DNA of 64,000 bases from Clostridium sp. CAG:452 (lineage in GTDB: Bacteria > Spirochaetota > Spirochaetia > Sphaerochaetales > Sphaerochaetaceae): assembly GCA_963626675.1 (NCBI GenBank), contig CAVFXW010000001.1, positions 8,232-72,231 of the forward strand, read 5' to 3'. The notes under the pieces were generated by a model that saw only the letters and a list, made by a program, of their open reading frames with translations, made no database searches and had not been told where the DNA came from. Below are positions 18,402 through 27,966 of the stretch, one piece after another; positions within the stretch are counted from its first letter, which is position 1; each line of letters opens with the position of its first letter. The position numbers and the translations under genes are program-made.

Positions 18402-18962
18402 ATGATGAGAACAAGGGAAGAAAGGGTGAAGTTTCTTTGTGAAATGATAGAAAAGAAGAAACCCCGTGTAATTGCAATCGATGGGCCGTGTGCATCCGGT
18501 AAGACAACACTCGCCATGGATCTTAAAAAAAGAACGGATTTTTCCTTAATTTGTATGGATGATTTCTTTCTTCCTTTAGAGATGAGGACTCCTCTGCGCT
18601 TTAAGGAAAAAGGCGGAAACATTCATTATGAGCGCTTTATAGAAGAGGTTATTAAGCCTTTATCAAAGAAAGAAGAGTTTATATATCGCCGTTACTCATG
18701 TGCCTCGTTCTCATATTCGGGCTCTGTCTATATTCCGTCTGATGGTTTAATAGTGGTTGAAGGAAGCTACGCCCTTCATCCTTCCTTTTCTAAATATTGG
18801 GATATGTCGGTTTTTCTAACTGTAGATAGCCCAGAGCAGATAAGAAGACTCGAGATACGCTCTCCCGATAAACTAGATATGTTTATATCTCGTTGGATTC
18901 CACTCGAGAATGAATATTTCTCCGCCTACGCTGTAAGTGAGCGTGCAACATATATCTTATAA
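18402..18962 (+). CDS. P-loop nucleoside kinase-like protein (uridine kinase family)
   Basis: Walker A IAIDGPCASGKTTLA, followed by MDDFFLP and VVEGSYALHP, similar to uridine/ribosylnicotinamide kinases. Confidence 0.55.
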   Translation: MMRTREERVKFLCEMIEKKKPRVIAIDGPCASGKTTLAMDLKKRTDFSLICMDDFFLPLEMRTPLRFKEKGGNIHYERFIEEVIKPLSKKEEFIYRRYSCASFSYSGSVYIPSDGLIVVEGSYALHPSFSKYWDMSVFLTVDSPEQIRRLEIRSPDKLDMFISRWIPLENEYFSAYAVSERATYIL

Positions 18963-19038
18963 ATCATTGATTGGGCTGACTAAGCCCACTCTTTCTATGG
19001 AAAGAAAAAAATATTATAGTGTGTAGGTGAGGAAAAAA

Positions 19039-19560
19039 ATGGAAACAACTCTCGATATTGTAAAGATTGGTGATGATATATTACGAAAGAACTGTAAGGA
19101 AGTTACGAAGTACGATGACTCATTTCGTATGCTTACACAAGCGATGCTCTCAACTCTCGAGGAAGCAGATGGCGTGGGTCTTGCCGCTCCGCAGATTGGG
19201 GTTGACGGACGTTTCTTTGTCGTAGATATAAGAGATGGAAAACAATATGTATTTGTCAATCCCGAGATAATTGAAACAAGTGAGGAGATGGGGCCTTATG
19301 AGGAAGGTTGCTTATCGATTCCGGGAGTATATCATAATGTGATGAGACCTATCAGAGTTAAGGTTACGGCTTATAATGAATACGGTAAGCCGTTCACAAT
19401 TGATGCAGACGGCCTTCTTGCTCGTGTAATACAACATGAGAACGACCATTTGAATGGGCATCTCTTTATTGATCGCCTCACCGAAGAGGAGAAGGAGAAG
19501 CTACTCTCTTTGTACGAAAAGAAAAATGGAAATAGAAAAGCTAAGAGGAAGAGAAATTGA
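19039..19560 (+). CDS. def: Peptide deformylase
   Basis: GVGLAAPQIG, EGCLSIPG and QHENDHLNG motifs. The ATG at 19039 is preceded by AGGTGAGGA. Confidence 0.95.
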   Translation: METTLDIVKIGDDILRKNCKEVTKYDDSFRMLTQAMLSTLEEADGVGLAAPQIGVDGRFFVVDIRDGKQYVFVNPEIIETSEEMGPYEEGCLSIPGVYHNVMRPIRVKVTAYNEYGKPFTIDADGLLARVIQHENDHLNGHLFIDRLTEEEKEKLLSLYEKKNGNRKAKRKRN

Positions 19561-20483
19561 GAATATTATTCGCCGCAACCGATAAAATCGCTGTACCGCT
19601 TCTGGAAGCTCTTCATAAAAAAGGCTTATGTACGCTTGTCTTTACTTCTCCCGATGCTCCCAAAAAGAGAGGAAAGGGATTCGTTCCAACTCCTATCAAA
19701 GAAAAAGCACTTGAGCTGGGCCTCCCTGTATTTACTCCTGAGCACATTAATAAACCTGAGCGTGAGATAGTCGAATCATACTCTCCCGACACACTTCTTT
19801 CCTTCTCTTACGGAAGGATCTTCGGTCCGAAGTTTTTAGCTCTCTTCAAATACACATTTAATGTTCATCCTTCGCTTCTTCCGAAGTATCGTGGCTGCAG
19901 CCCGATCTTCAACGTTATAAAAAACGGAGAAAGGGAGAGCGCAATAACACTACAGAAGATATCGCTAGGAATTGATGAAGGCGATATATATTCCAGTTTT
20001 CCTCTTTCTCTTGACGGCAGCGAAACAAGTGAGAGCTTGGAGGATGTTATCGGGAGAGAGACGCCATCTTTTGTTCTCTCCACACTCGAGGCTGTAGACA
20101 ACATTATTCCTTATCCGCAGCGCGGGGAACCATCCTACACAGGATTTATAAAGAAAGAAGATGGTCGCATAGATTGGTTTGATAGCGCTTTTCACATTCA
20201 TTCTCTCATAAGAGCATGTTATCCATGGCCAAAGGCCTATTGCCTCTATGATGGAGAGCCACTATTTATAACAGGTGTCTACTCATCTGTATTTCTTCCG
20301 TTTGAGGAATCTTATGAGGCCCCCGGAACTGTTGTTGCTCTCGAAAAAGGAAAAGGCCTCAAGGTTGCAACAGGAAAGGGATACTTATACATTTCGCGAG
20401 TTCTTCCTCCTCAAAGAAAGGAGATGGATGCTGCCTCATATGTAAATGGTAACAGAGGAATAATTAAAGCAAAGCTCTCCTAG
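19557..20483 (+). CDS. fmt: Methionyl-tRNA formyltransferase
   Basis: Overlaps def by 4 nt. FNVHPSLLPKYRGCSPI motif. Classic def-fmt pair. Confidence 0.9.
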   Translation: MRILFAATDKIAVPLLEALHKKGLCTLVFTSPDAPKKRGKGFVPTPIKEKALELGLPVFTPEHINKPEREIVESYSPDTLLSFSYGRIFGPKFLALFKYTFNVHPSLLPKYRGCSPIFNVIKNGERESAITLQKISLGIDEGDIYSSFPLSLDGSETSESLEDVIGRETPSFVLSTLEAVDNIIPYPQRGEPSYTGFIKKEDGRIDWFDSAFHIHSLIRACYPWPKAYCLYDGEPLFITGVYSSVFLPFEESYEAPGTVVALEKGKGLKVATGKGYLYISRVLPPQRKEMDAASYVNGNRGIIKAKLS

Positions 20484-21865
20484 AGTTCCTTAAATGTTTT
20501 TGCTATGTAATAGAAAGCAAGAATCGTTGTCAGCCCGTCCGATAGCGGGAATGAAAAGAGAATACCGTCTAGTCCCATAAAAATGGGCAGGATTATCGGG
20601 AGAAAGACACCGAATATAATCTCTCTTGTTAATGAAATCAAAGTTGATTCTTTTGCTTTTCCCAATGCCTGGAGAAATATGAAGGTTCCCTTGTTAATAG
20701 TACTAAGTGGGAGCATACATAGATATATTCTGAAACATTTGACTACAAATTCCGTATAGTAGATACTCTCGTTAGAAGCGCCAAAGAGGGATGCTATTTC
20801 GAGCGGAAAGATCTCAACAATGAGAAGTGCAATTGTTCCGATTAGAGCTTCCCATAAAAGTACGTATGAAAAGAGCTTCTTTACCCTATCTTTTCTGCCA
20901 CTTCCCATATTGTACCCGACAAGAGGAATTGCTCCCGCGGATAATCCAATCGCAATAGATATTGCTATCTGGAAAAACTTCATTACGATGCCGAGTACTG
21001 CTAGTGGAATTTGTGAGTATTCGGGAGCACTAAAGAGGGGGTCGAGGGCAGAGTATTTTGTTGTACTCTTTTGTACTGCCGCCATGCTAATTACAAGAGA
21101 TATCTGAGAAAGTAGGCTTGTCAGCCCGAGGGAAAGGAAATTCTTTTCCACTTTCCATTCAAGCTTAAAGTGCTCTCTTTTGAGGGAGAGAGCCTTCATG
21201 TTAAAGACATACCATAGTGAAAGCCCTGCCGAAATAATTTGTCCGATTACTGTAGCCACACTAGCTCCCATCATCCCCCAATGAAAAGTATATATGAAGA
21301 TTGGGTCGAGTATGATATTCGTGATGGCTCCAGAAAGGGTTGCAAGCATTGCAAAGCGGGGAGATGAGTCACTACGGATTATTGGATTGAGGGCTTGGCC
21401 AAACATATAAAATGGAATTCCGAGCGTGATAAAGAAGAAATATTCTTCGCTGAACGCATATGTCTCTTTATTGACTTTACCTCCAAAAAATGTAAGGAGA
21501 GGCTCGGAGAAAATGAGATAGATGAGAGTAAGAATTATGCTTGAAATGACTGTTAGAACAATGGCATTACCTACGCACTTTTCAGCTTTATCCCTTCTCC
21601 CTTCACCAAGAGAGAGACTGATATAACTACAAGAACCATCTCCTATCATAACGGCAATGGCTAGAGCTACTACAGTAAGAGGAAAGGCTACTGTGTTTGC
21701 AGCATTACCATTTGATCCTAGGTAGTCTGCGTTGGCGATGTAAATTTGGTCAACAATGTTATAGAGGGCTCCAACAAGGAGTGAAACGATGCATGGGAGC
21801 GAGAATTTTCTTAGGAGCTTCTGTATTCTCTCCGTTTCAAGAAAAGAGTTGGTTTTTTCTTCCAT
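20480..21865 (-). CDS. MATE family efflux transporter
   Basis: 461 aa with 12 TM helices. N-terminal LLRKFSLPCIVSLLVGALYNIVDQIYI is typical of MATE/NorM-like proteins. Confidence 0.85.
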   Translation of the reverse strand: MEEKTNSFLETERIQKLLRKFSLPCIVSLLVGALYNIVDQIYIANADYLGSNGNAANTVAFPLTVVALAIAVMIGDGSCSYISLSLGEGRRDKAEKCVGNAIVLTVISSIILTLIYLIFSEPLLTFFGGKVNKETYAFSEEYFFFITLGIPFYMFGQALNPIIRSDSSPRFAMLATLSGAITNIILDPIFIYTFHWGMMGASVATVIGQIISAGLSLWYVFNMKALSLKREHFKLEWKVEKNFLSLGLTSLLSQISLVISMAAVQKSTTKYSALDPLFSAPEYSQIPLAVLGIVMKFFQIAISIAIGLSAGAIPLVGYNMGSGRKDRVKKLFSYVLLWEALIGTIALLIVEIFPLEIASLFGASNESIYYTEFVVKCFRIYLCMLPLSTINKGTFIFLQALGKAKESTLISLTREIIFGVFLPIILPIFMGLDGILFSFPLSDGLTTILAFYYIAKTFKEL

Positions 21866-21898
21866 ATTTATCTTCCTTTTCGTGCAAAATCCACGAGA

Positions 21899-22237
21899 TT
21901 ATGTATCGTATCGGAAGATTCTCTTCTTGTATCGTGTCTGGTTTTTTCTAACATTTTGAGAAAGAAAAATCAAGAAAGTACGACAGAGGTCTGCCATGGT
22001 TAAAGCTTTGTTTATGTAAGCTGTAACAATGAGATTCCTCTGATTGCTAGGTAAACGATAGACCCTAGAAATTGGTTGATTGGTGACCCACCTAGTGTCA
22101 CCACCATCGTAAAGGTATTGCCATTCTTTTACAGTGGATCTATCTAGGTGTAAGGATTCAGAGATCTTGCGACTCCTGTATCCTTGCTTAAACATACTAA
22201 GAACTTGTTTCTTAGTTTGGAGGGATATGATACCCAT
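21899..22237 (-). mobile_element. Orphan IS3-family OrfA-like helix-turn-helix ORF (transposase N-terminal remnant, no catalytic ORF)
   Basis: MGIISLQTKKQVLSMFKQGYRSRKISESLHLDRSTVKEWQYLY fits the IS3 OrfA HTH pattern. AAAGGAG lies before the ATG at 22237. No DDE-encoding ORF follows, and the C-terminal part looks degenerate. Confidence 0.5.
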
Positions 22238-22391
22238 TTTTGGACTCCTTTGAGTGTCCAAATTTATGGGGTCAGTTCACTCTGGTAATTTATTACCGAG
22301 TAGTTCACAAGGAGACCATTTCATAGCCCGGAACAAAAGTGATGAGTTTGATAAGGTTGTATTGGATTTTCTACTTGAGTAGAATGATGGT

Positions 22392-23375
22392 ATGTACTCA
22401 AGTTGGAACAACTACAGAGATTATCTAGAGAAGAAGTACGGAGGACCGTTCTACCGTGTAGGAGTAGACGGGGGATTTAATTGTCCCAACCGTAGTTCTG
22501 ACCACAGTGGCGGATGTGCGTTTTGTGATGGAACGGGATCCGTTGCGGTATATCAAAGGAGTTCAGAGAGTGCTTTTACACGCTCTTCTGATTATTCAGA
22601 AGGAGTGGCATCAAGAATTACGACCCGTTATGCTTCGATCGAGAGACAAATTTTGAAGGGGCTGGAGTTTATAAAGAGAAGGTACAAGGCCGATAAAGCC
22701 GCTCTTTATTTTCAAAGCTGGACCAATACTTACGATACAATCGACAATTTGAAGAAAATATATGATAAGGCTCTTGGGTATTTTCCCTTCAGTGAGCTTA
22801 TAGTGTCGACACGTCCCGATTGCATGGATGATGATGTGTGCTCGCTTCTTTCTTCTTATATAACACCAGAGCGTGAAGTGTGGGTTGAGCTTGGACTTCA
22901 AAGTGCTAATGACGAGACGCTGGAAAGAATAAACCGCGGCCACGATGCTTCTTGTTATACTAAAGCATCTTTGAGAGCAAAGAGCTATGGTCTTAAGGTT
23001 TCGACTCATATAATACTCGGCCTTCCCGGAGAGAACAGAGATGATTATAGAAGAACAGCTCTGTGCATCAATAATGCTTCATCTGATGCTGTTAAAATAC
23101 ATAATCTTCATATATGCGGCGGAACGAGAATTCTGGATGATTTCTACTCGGGGGAAGTTGTCTCTTCTTCGACTCTTCGACATAAGGAGGATAGTGCATA
23201 TGTACTCCGTCTTCTCAATCCGGATATTATCATACAGCGTCTTGTGTGTGATACGCCGATGCATCGCCTTGTTGAGCCTAGGCATTTTATGGATAAATCA
23301 TTGTTTTTGAAGACTCTGGATGAGTATATGAAGGAGAATGGATTTCATCAGGGAGATTTATATTATCCTGATTAG
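22392..23375 (+). CDS. TIGR01212-family radical SAM protein (YhcC-like)
   Basis: CPNRSSDHSGGCAFCD cluster close to the N-terminus. ELGLQSANDETLERINRGH. 327 aa. Confidence 0.8.
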   Translation: MYSSWNNYRDYLEKKYGGPFYRVGVDGGFNCPNRSSDHSGGCAFCDGTGSVAVYQRSSESAFTRSSDYSEGVASRITTRYASIERQILKGLEFIKRRYKADKAALYFQSWTNTYDTIDNLKKIYDKALGYFPFSELIVSTRPDCMDDDVCSLLSSYITPEREVWVELGLQSANDETLERINRGHDASCYTKASLRAKSYGLKVSTHIILGLPGENRDDYRRTALCINNASSDAVKIHNLHICGGTRILDDFYSGEVVSSSTLRHKEDSAYVLRLLNPDIIIQRLVCDTPMHRLVEPRHFMDKSLFLKTLDEYMKENGFHQGDLYYPD

Positions 23376-24026
23376 ATTCTCAAGTTCTTCATATGAAGAG
23401 ACAGAGTAAGTGGCTTCTTCTGCCTTATGTCCAAGGAAATTGATATAGATGCTCTCCATCTTGACATTCGACGCTCCTAGGATATCGCTAGAAATGCTGT
23501 CGCCTATCATTATGCATTCGCTTCTGTCTTTTTTTATTACTTCAAGTATCTTTTCGAAGAGCTCTTTTTGTGGCTTATGGTAGCCTATCTCACTACTTAT
23601 GAAGATATGATCAAAGTACTCTCCTATTCCTGTATCCTTTATTCTCTGTCTTTGTATTGATGATATACCATTTGTTACGAGAGATTTCGGGTATTCCTTG
23701 ATTCTTTCAAGAAACTCTCCGGCGCCGTCAAGAAGGATTCCGTTATGCGCAAGTGCATCTTTGAAGAAAAGTGATGCTTCCACGGGGGAATAGTCTCTTT
23801 GGGTTTTATCGAAGAAAAGCTTCCATCGTTTTACCTCGAGTGTATCGAGATCGAGTTCTCCCTTTTCATACTCGCGCCAGCAGAGCACATTACCTTCCAT
23901 GTATGAGTTTATATTTTCGTCATCATATGGAATATTGTAGAAGGAGAAGAGTTGTCTCAGTCCTATCTCTTCTGTTGCTTTGAAGTTCCATATTGTCTCA
24001 TCTGCATCAAAAAGTAAGTAGCGCAT
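23358..24026 (-). CDS. HAD-superfamily hydrolase (YjjG-like nucleotidase subfamily)
   Basis: Motif I LLFDADETIW, motif II LVTNG, and GDSISSDILGA late motif. Confidence 0.8.
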   Translation of the reverse strand: MRYLLFDADETIWNFKATEEIGLRQLFSFYNIPYDDENINSYMEGNVLCWREYEKGELDLDTLEVKRWKLFFDKTQRDYSPVEASLFFKDALAHNGILLDGAGEFLERIKEYPKSLVTNGISSIQRQRIKDTGIGEYFDHIFISSEIGYHKPQKELFEKILEVIKKDRSECIMIGDSISSDILGASNVKMESIYINFLGHKAEEATYSVSSYEELENLIRII

Positions 24027-24108
24027 AGCCGGAGTTTATCATAATCGTATTTTATGCTCTATACGATTTTAATTTTTGGTATCATATTAATGGTAAGGAT
24101 TAAAAGAA

Positions 24109-24738
24109 ATGAAAAGTGCACTTTTATTTTGGATAGCTGGGATTCTGGCTCTTATTTTTGGTGTTTTTGCTATTGTTGAACCAGCTGCGGTTTTGAATAT
24201 TGCATGTATAGTTTTCTCTGCCATTCTAATTATTCGAGGACTCAAGAGATTATTCGATGCTGTTCGATTTAAGAAGAAAGCAGTAAAAGTCTCCGTTAAT
24301 GGAGCCGAGATAGACCTTGGCATACAGAAAAACATAAGACTGACGATGATCTGGGATGGTGTGGGTGCATTGGTTATAGGATCCGTAACACTTGGCCTTG
24401 TTCTGAGAAGTATGTCAAAGGGCGGGGCAGAGACGATGAAGTGGCTTGTTTATCTTGTTGCTGCAGGCTTCCTCTATACCGGATGTGTTGCTCTTCTGGA
24501 GAGCCATAAACTTAAGCCTTATCCTCTTCTTTCGTCTTCATTCCGTTCCAATTCACTTGTCTTTATTATTGCTTCTGTTCTTCTCTTTGCATTCCCGTTC
24601 TTCATCGGAGCGACTGTGATGAACATATTCGGAATAATACTCATCATATTGGGCGTTTCCCTCTTTGTATGGGGAATAAGAATTTTCTCCGTCTCACGTC
24701 ACAAGGCAAAGACAGTTGAATTTAGAGAAGTCAAATAA
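24109..24738 (+). CDS. Hypothetical integral membrane protein (about 6 TM, HdeD/DUF308-like appearance)
   Basis: 209 aa of paired hydrophobic helices separated by short basic loops. Weak family call. Confidence 0.45.
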   Translation: MKSALLFWIAGILALIFGVFAIVEPAAVLNIACIVFSAILIIRGLKRLFDAVRFKKKAVKVSVNGAEIDLGIQKNIRLTMIWDGVGALVIGSVTLGLVLRSMSKGGAETMKWLVYLVAAGFLYTGCVALLESHKLKPYPLLSSSFRSNSLVFIIASVLLFAFPFFIGATVMNIFGIILIILGVSLFVWGIRIFSVSRHKAKTVEFREVK

Positions 24739-24796
24739 TTCTTTCACACTTAAAGAGTTTTAAATATAAATATCCCTCATTTTCTTCTCAAAAATG

Positions 24797-24826
24797 TTGA
24801 CAAGTAAATTCTAAACAAATAATACT
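24797..24826 (+). promoter_or_regulatory. Candidate sigma70-type promoter for hisIE
   Basis: Perfect TTGACA at 24797-24802. After a 17-18 nt spacer comes TAATAC/AATACT at 24820-24826. The ATG lies at 24855 and is preceded by GAGGG. Confidence 0.35.
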
Positions 24827-24854
24827 AAAAAAAAGAAGTATAAATGAGGGTTGT

Positions 24855-25466
24855 ATGACGATAGACTTTTCCAAATATAAGGACGGGCTTGTTCCGTCTG
24901 TTGTGCAGGATGCTGTTACACGCAATGTTCTTACTGTCGGCTTCATGAATGAGGAAGCTTATACTTTAACACTTGAGAGGGGACTGGTTACTTTCTATTC
25001 ACGAAGTAAGGGCCGCTTGAGGGTAATGGGTGAGAACAGTGGCAACTACATCAAAGTCAGGGAGATTCTCGTCGACTGTGATGGTGATACACTCCTTATA
25101 AAAGCAATGCCGTCTGGTCCTGTATGCCATACAGGCTCCGACACATGTTTTGGTGAAGATAATGAGCCGGGGGATTTTTCGTCTTCCGAATTTTTATTCT
25201 ATCTTGAGTCTGTAATTGAGGATAGGCGTCTCAATCCTGTGGACGGAAGCTATACAAACCATCTCTTTTCTCGCGGTCTTAATAGAATTGCACAAAAGAC
25301 GGGAGAGGAGGCTGTGGAGCTAATTATCGCAAGTAAGGATAATAATAAAGAGCTCTTTCTTGGTGAGGCAGCTGATTTGATGTATCACTTTCTTGTGCTC
25401 TTAAGGGAGAAGGATACAACGCTTTCTGAAGTGGTGGATGTTTTAAAAGATAGACATTCCAGATAA
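24855..25466 (+). CDS. hisI: Bifunctional phosphoribosyl-AMP cyclohydrolase / phosphoribosyl-ATP pyrophosphatase
   Basis: LVPSVVQDAVTRNVLTVGFMNEEA and DCDGDTLLIKA..GPVCHTGSDTCF (HisI), then a C-terminal HisE helix bundle EEAVELIIA...EAADLMYHFLVLL. Confidence 0.85.
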   Translation: MTIDFSKYKDGLVPSVVQDAVTRNVLTVGFMNEEAYTLTLERGLVTFYSRSKGRLRVMGENSGNYIKVREILVDCDGDTLLIKAMPSGPVCHTGSDTCFGEDNEPGDFSSSEFLFYLESVIEDRRLNPVDGSYTNHLFSRGLNRIAQKTGEEAVELIIASKDNNKELFLGEAADLMYHFLVLLREKDTTLSEVVDVLKDRHSR

Positions 25467-25544
25467 AAAATTTGTAGCCTTTTAAGAAAAAATGTGTTTA
25501 TATTGTAAAAAACGGTATATTAAGCCGCTAGATGAGGTAATGAA

Positions 25545-26102
25545 ATGAAAAAATTTACTGTTGTTTTGCTAATTCTCGCTCTTGTCGCAACATCTGCTTT
25601 CGCAAGTGTTTTCCAAATTGGAGGAACAGCACGCTATGGTGGAAAATTGAATAGCTTTGATGATTATAAGGAAATTTCCAATTATGATTTTGGAGCTGAT
25701 GCAAGATTGAATTTAGGATTCTTCGGAGTTGCTGCAAATGTTCTCTTCGGAAAGAATAATGATAATACTGTTCTTAATTCAATTGTTACAGCAAATGTTC
25801 GCTTCGACATGAAGGTTGTAGATCTTGCTTTTGGTCTTGGATATTCTCTACCAATTGAATTTGGAAAGGATGGAATTTTGATTAATGATAAGCCTATAAA
25901 CGAAGCTCTTGATGTTCTTAAGAACTCGCAGCTTCTTCTTAGAGCAGCCATTGGTGCAAATATCGGCGTTTTAGGATTAAGCATCGACTACAAGATTCCT
26001 TTCAACACGATCAAGACCTATGTTGAAAACAAAGATTATAGTGATCTTAAGTCATTCCAAGAAGGCAAGATTGCTGTTTCTGTTTTGGCTAATCTTTTCT
26101 AA
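25545..26102 (+). CDS. Small outer-membrane beta-barrel protein
   Basis: Signal peptide MKKFTVVLLILALVATSAFA, alternating beta-strand pattern, C-terminal ...AVSVLANLF. Confidence 0.55.
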   Translation: MKKFTVVLLILALVATSAFASVFQIGGTARYGGKLNSFDDYKEISNYDFGADARLNLGFFGVAANVLFGKNNDNTVLNSIVTANVRFDMKVVDLAFGLGYSLPIEFGKDGILINDKPINEALDVLKNSQLLLRAAIGANIGVLGLSIDYKIPFNTIKTYVENKDYSDLKSFQEGKIAVSVLANLF

Positions 26103-26125
26103 GATATATCTAATCTATATTGAGT

Positions 26126-26156
26126 CCTCTACTTTAAAGAGTAGGGGATTTCTTTT
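26126..26156 (+). terminator. Intrinsic terminator after the OMP gene
   Basis: CCTCTACT (26126-26133) pairs with AGTAGGGG (26140-26147) and is followed by ATTTCTTTT. Confidence 0.6.
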
Positions 26157-26167
26157 AAACTCCAAAT

Positions 26168-27205
26168 ATGGAAGAAAAATATATTGAATACGCAATAGAG
26201 AAGACGCTTGCTCTTCTCTCTATCGACAGCCCCACCGGTTACACAGAAGATGTGAAGAATTATTTATCGGGGGAATTTGAGAGCCTTGGATATAAAACCC
26301 GAACAACAAATAAGGGTGGGCTTATTGTCGATATGGGCGGAGAGAGAGATGACGATGGTTTATGTATTATGGCTCATATGGATACTATCGGGGCTATTGT
26401 AAGTGAGATTAAACCCTCAGGAAGGCTGAGAATGGATAAATTGGGAGGCCTTCATCCAAGCAGCGTCGAGGGGGAGAATGTCAGAATACATACTAGGGAC
26501 GGCCGTGTATATGAAGGGACAATCCAGATTCCAAATCCATCGGTTCATGTGAACGATGACTACGATGGATATAAGAGGGATTGGAGGACGCTTGAGTGTT
26601 TCATAGATGAGAATACCAAAAGTGAAGAGGAGACGAGAGCGCTTGGAATTGAAGTGGGAGATCCCGTTTGTCTCTTCACAGGCGCCCATGTTACGAAGTC
26701 GGGATATATAAAGAGTAGGTTTTTAGATGATAAGCTCTCTCTTGGAATATTACTCGGATTAGCAAAATATATTTCAGATAAGAATATTACACTTAGTAGG
26801 CATACTTATATGCACATTACGGTCTATGAGGAGGTCGGACACGGAGCGTCCGCTTCTCTCCCGGAGGGTGTCACAGAAGGACTCTCTGTCGATATGGGAT
26901 GCGTAGGGGAAGGCATAAAATGTACAGAGAGGGAAGTCTCGATATGTTGTAAGGATGCCCGAGGGCCCTATAACTACAAAATGGTCGGTAAACTAATATT
27001 AGCTGCAAAGAAAGAGGGCGCTTCATATTGTATTGATGCTTATCCTCATTATTCGTCTGATGTAGAGGCTTCCCTTTCCGGCGGGGCAGATATACGACAT
27101 GCTCTAATAGGACCGGGAGTCTTTGCCTCTCATTGCAATGAACGCAGTCATAAGGACGCAGTGAAAAATACTCTTCTTCTATTGAAGGGATACCTTGAGA
27201 TATAA
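26168..27205 (+). CDS. M42 family metallopeptidase (glutamyl aminopeptidase/FrvX-like)
   Basis: MAHMDTIGA, FLDDKLS, YEEVGHGAS and DMGCVG motifs. 345 aa. Confidence 0.85.
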   Translation: MEEKYIEYAIEKTLALLSIDSPTGYTEDVKNYLSGEFESLGYKTRTTNKGGLIVDMGGERDDDGLCIMAHMDTIGAIVSEIKPSGRLRMDKLGGLHPSSVEGENVRIHTRDGRVYEGTIQIPNPSVHVNDDYDGYKRDWRTLECFIDENTKSEEETRALGIEVGDPVCLFTGAHVTKSGYIKSRFLDDKLSLGILLGLAKYISDKNITLSRHTYMHITVYEEVGHGASASLPEGVTEGLSVDMGCVGEGIKCTEREVSICCKDARGPYNYKMVGKLILAAKKEGASYCIDAYPHYSSDVEASLSGGADIRHALIGPGVFASHCNERSHKDAVKNTLLLLKGYLEI

Positions 27206-27208
27206 GCT

Positions 27209-27901
27209 CTAGGTTTCTTTCTCAATTTCCTCTAGGATGTTCTTTAGTGTTCCACTGTCATAGAAGGAGTAGTAGGAATCTCTGGTGATGATTAAGTGAT
27301 CTAGCACCGGGATTCCGAGTATTTGACCGGAGCGGATGATTCTTTTTGTGCCGAGGATATCTTCTTTACTTGGAAGTAGACTTCCAGACGGGTGGTTATG
27401 GGCGATAACTATTTGAGTCGCCCTCTCTTTAATAGCTTCGGAGAATATCTCTCGAGGATGGAAGAAGGCCTTATCTACATAGCCTATGCTTGCCGTGTGG
27501 ATAGCGAGTATTTCAAATGCTGCATTCATGCTGATTACAATCAGCTGCTCTTGATCTCTCTGGGCATAGTGCCTTATCTCCTGGTAGATATCCAAGTGGT
27601 GATTGTATTGCTTCGGCTTACGATTCGTTTTACGTCGTCCGAACTCCAAAGAAGCAAGTATTGTTGCACCCTTTGCCCTTCCGACTCCGGGAATATTCAT
27701 TAATGCCGAAAGTGGAAATGGGATACCTTTGTCTATAAGTGATAAAACATCTGCGCTTATGTCCTCTACGCTTCTCATTGAATTGCCTTGGCCTATGAGG
27801 ATCATCAATAATTCCTCATCAGATAGTGCGCGTACACCATTTTTTTCTAGCCTAAGCCTCGGCTCTTCGCCCCTTTTAAATTTATATTTAACTGTTTCCA
27901 T
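27209..27901 (-). CDS. radC: RadC-family JAMM/MPN protein
   Basis: N-terminal HhH part (LSDEELLMILIGQG, IPGVGRAKGATILA) and JAMM motif IAHNHPSGSLLPSKED. Confidence 0.85.
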   Translation of the reverse strand: METVKYKFKRGEEPRLRLEKNGVRALSDEELLMILIGQGNSMRSVEDISADVLSLIDKGIPFPLSALMNIPGVGRAKGATILASLEFGRRKTNRKPKQYNHHLDIYQEIRHYAQRDQEQLIVISMNAAFEILAIHTASIGYVDKAFFHPREIFSEAIKERATQIVIAHNHPSGSLLPSKEDILGTKRIIRSGQILGIPVLDHLIITRDSYYSFYDSGTLKNILEEIEKET

Positions 27902-27966
27902 GTATTATAAACACTATAAGTGCTCTTTTTTGTCAAAATTACATTCAATTGGTGTATAATAATCTC

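Noticed and set aside
20480-20483. Convergent gene pairs whose stop codons overlap with no terminator space: fmt/MATE here, and also 6906-6937, 23358-23375 and 28419-28422
   Set aside because: This is a real observation, but it is a common consequence of genome compaction. I see no evidence of a specific regulatory mechanism.
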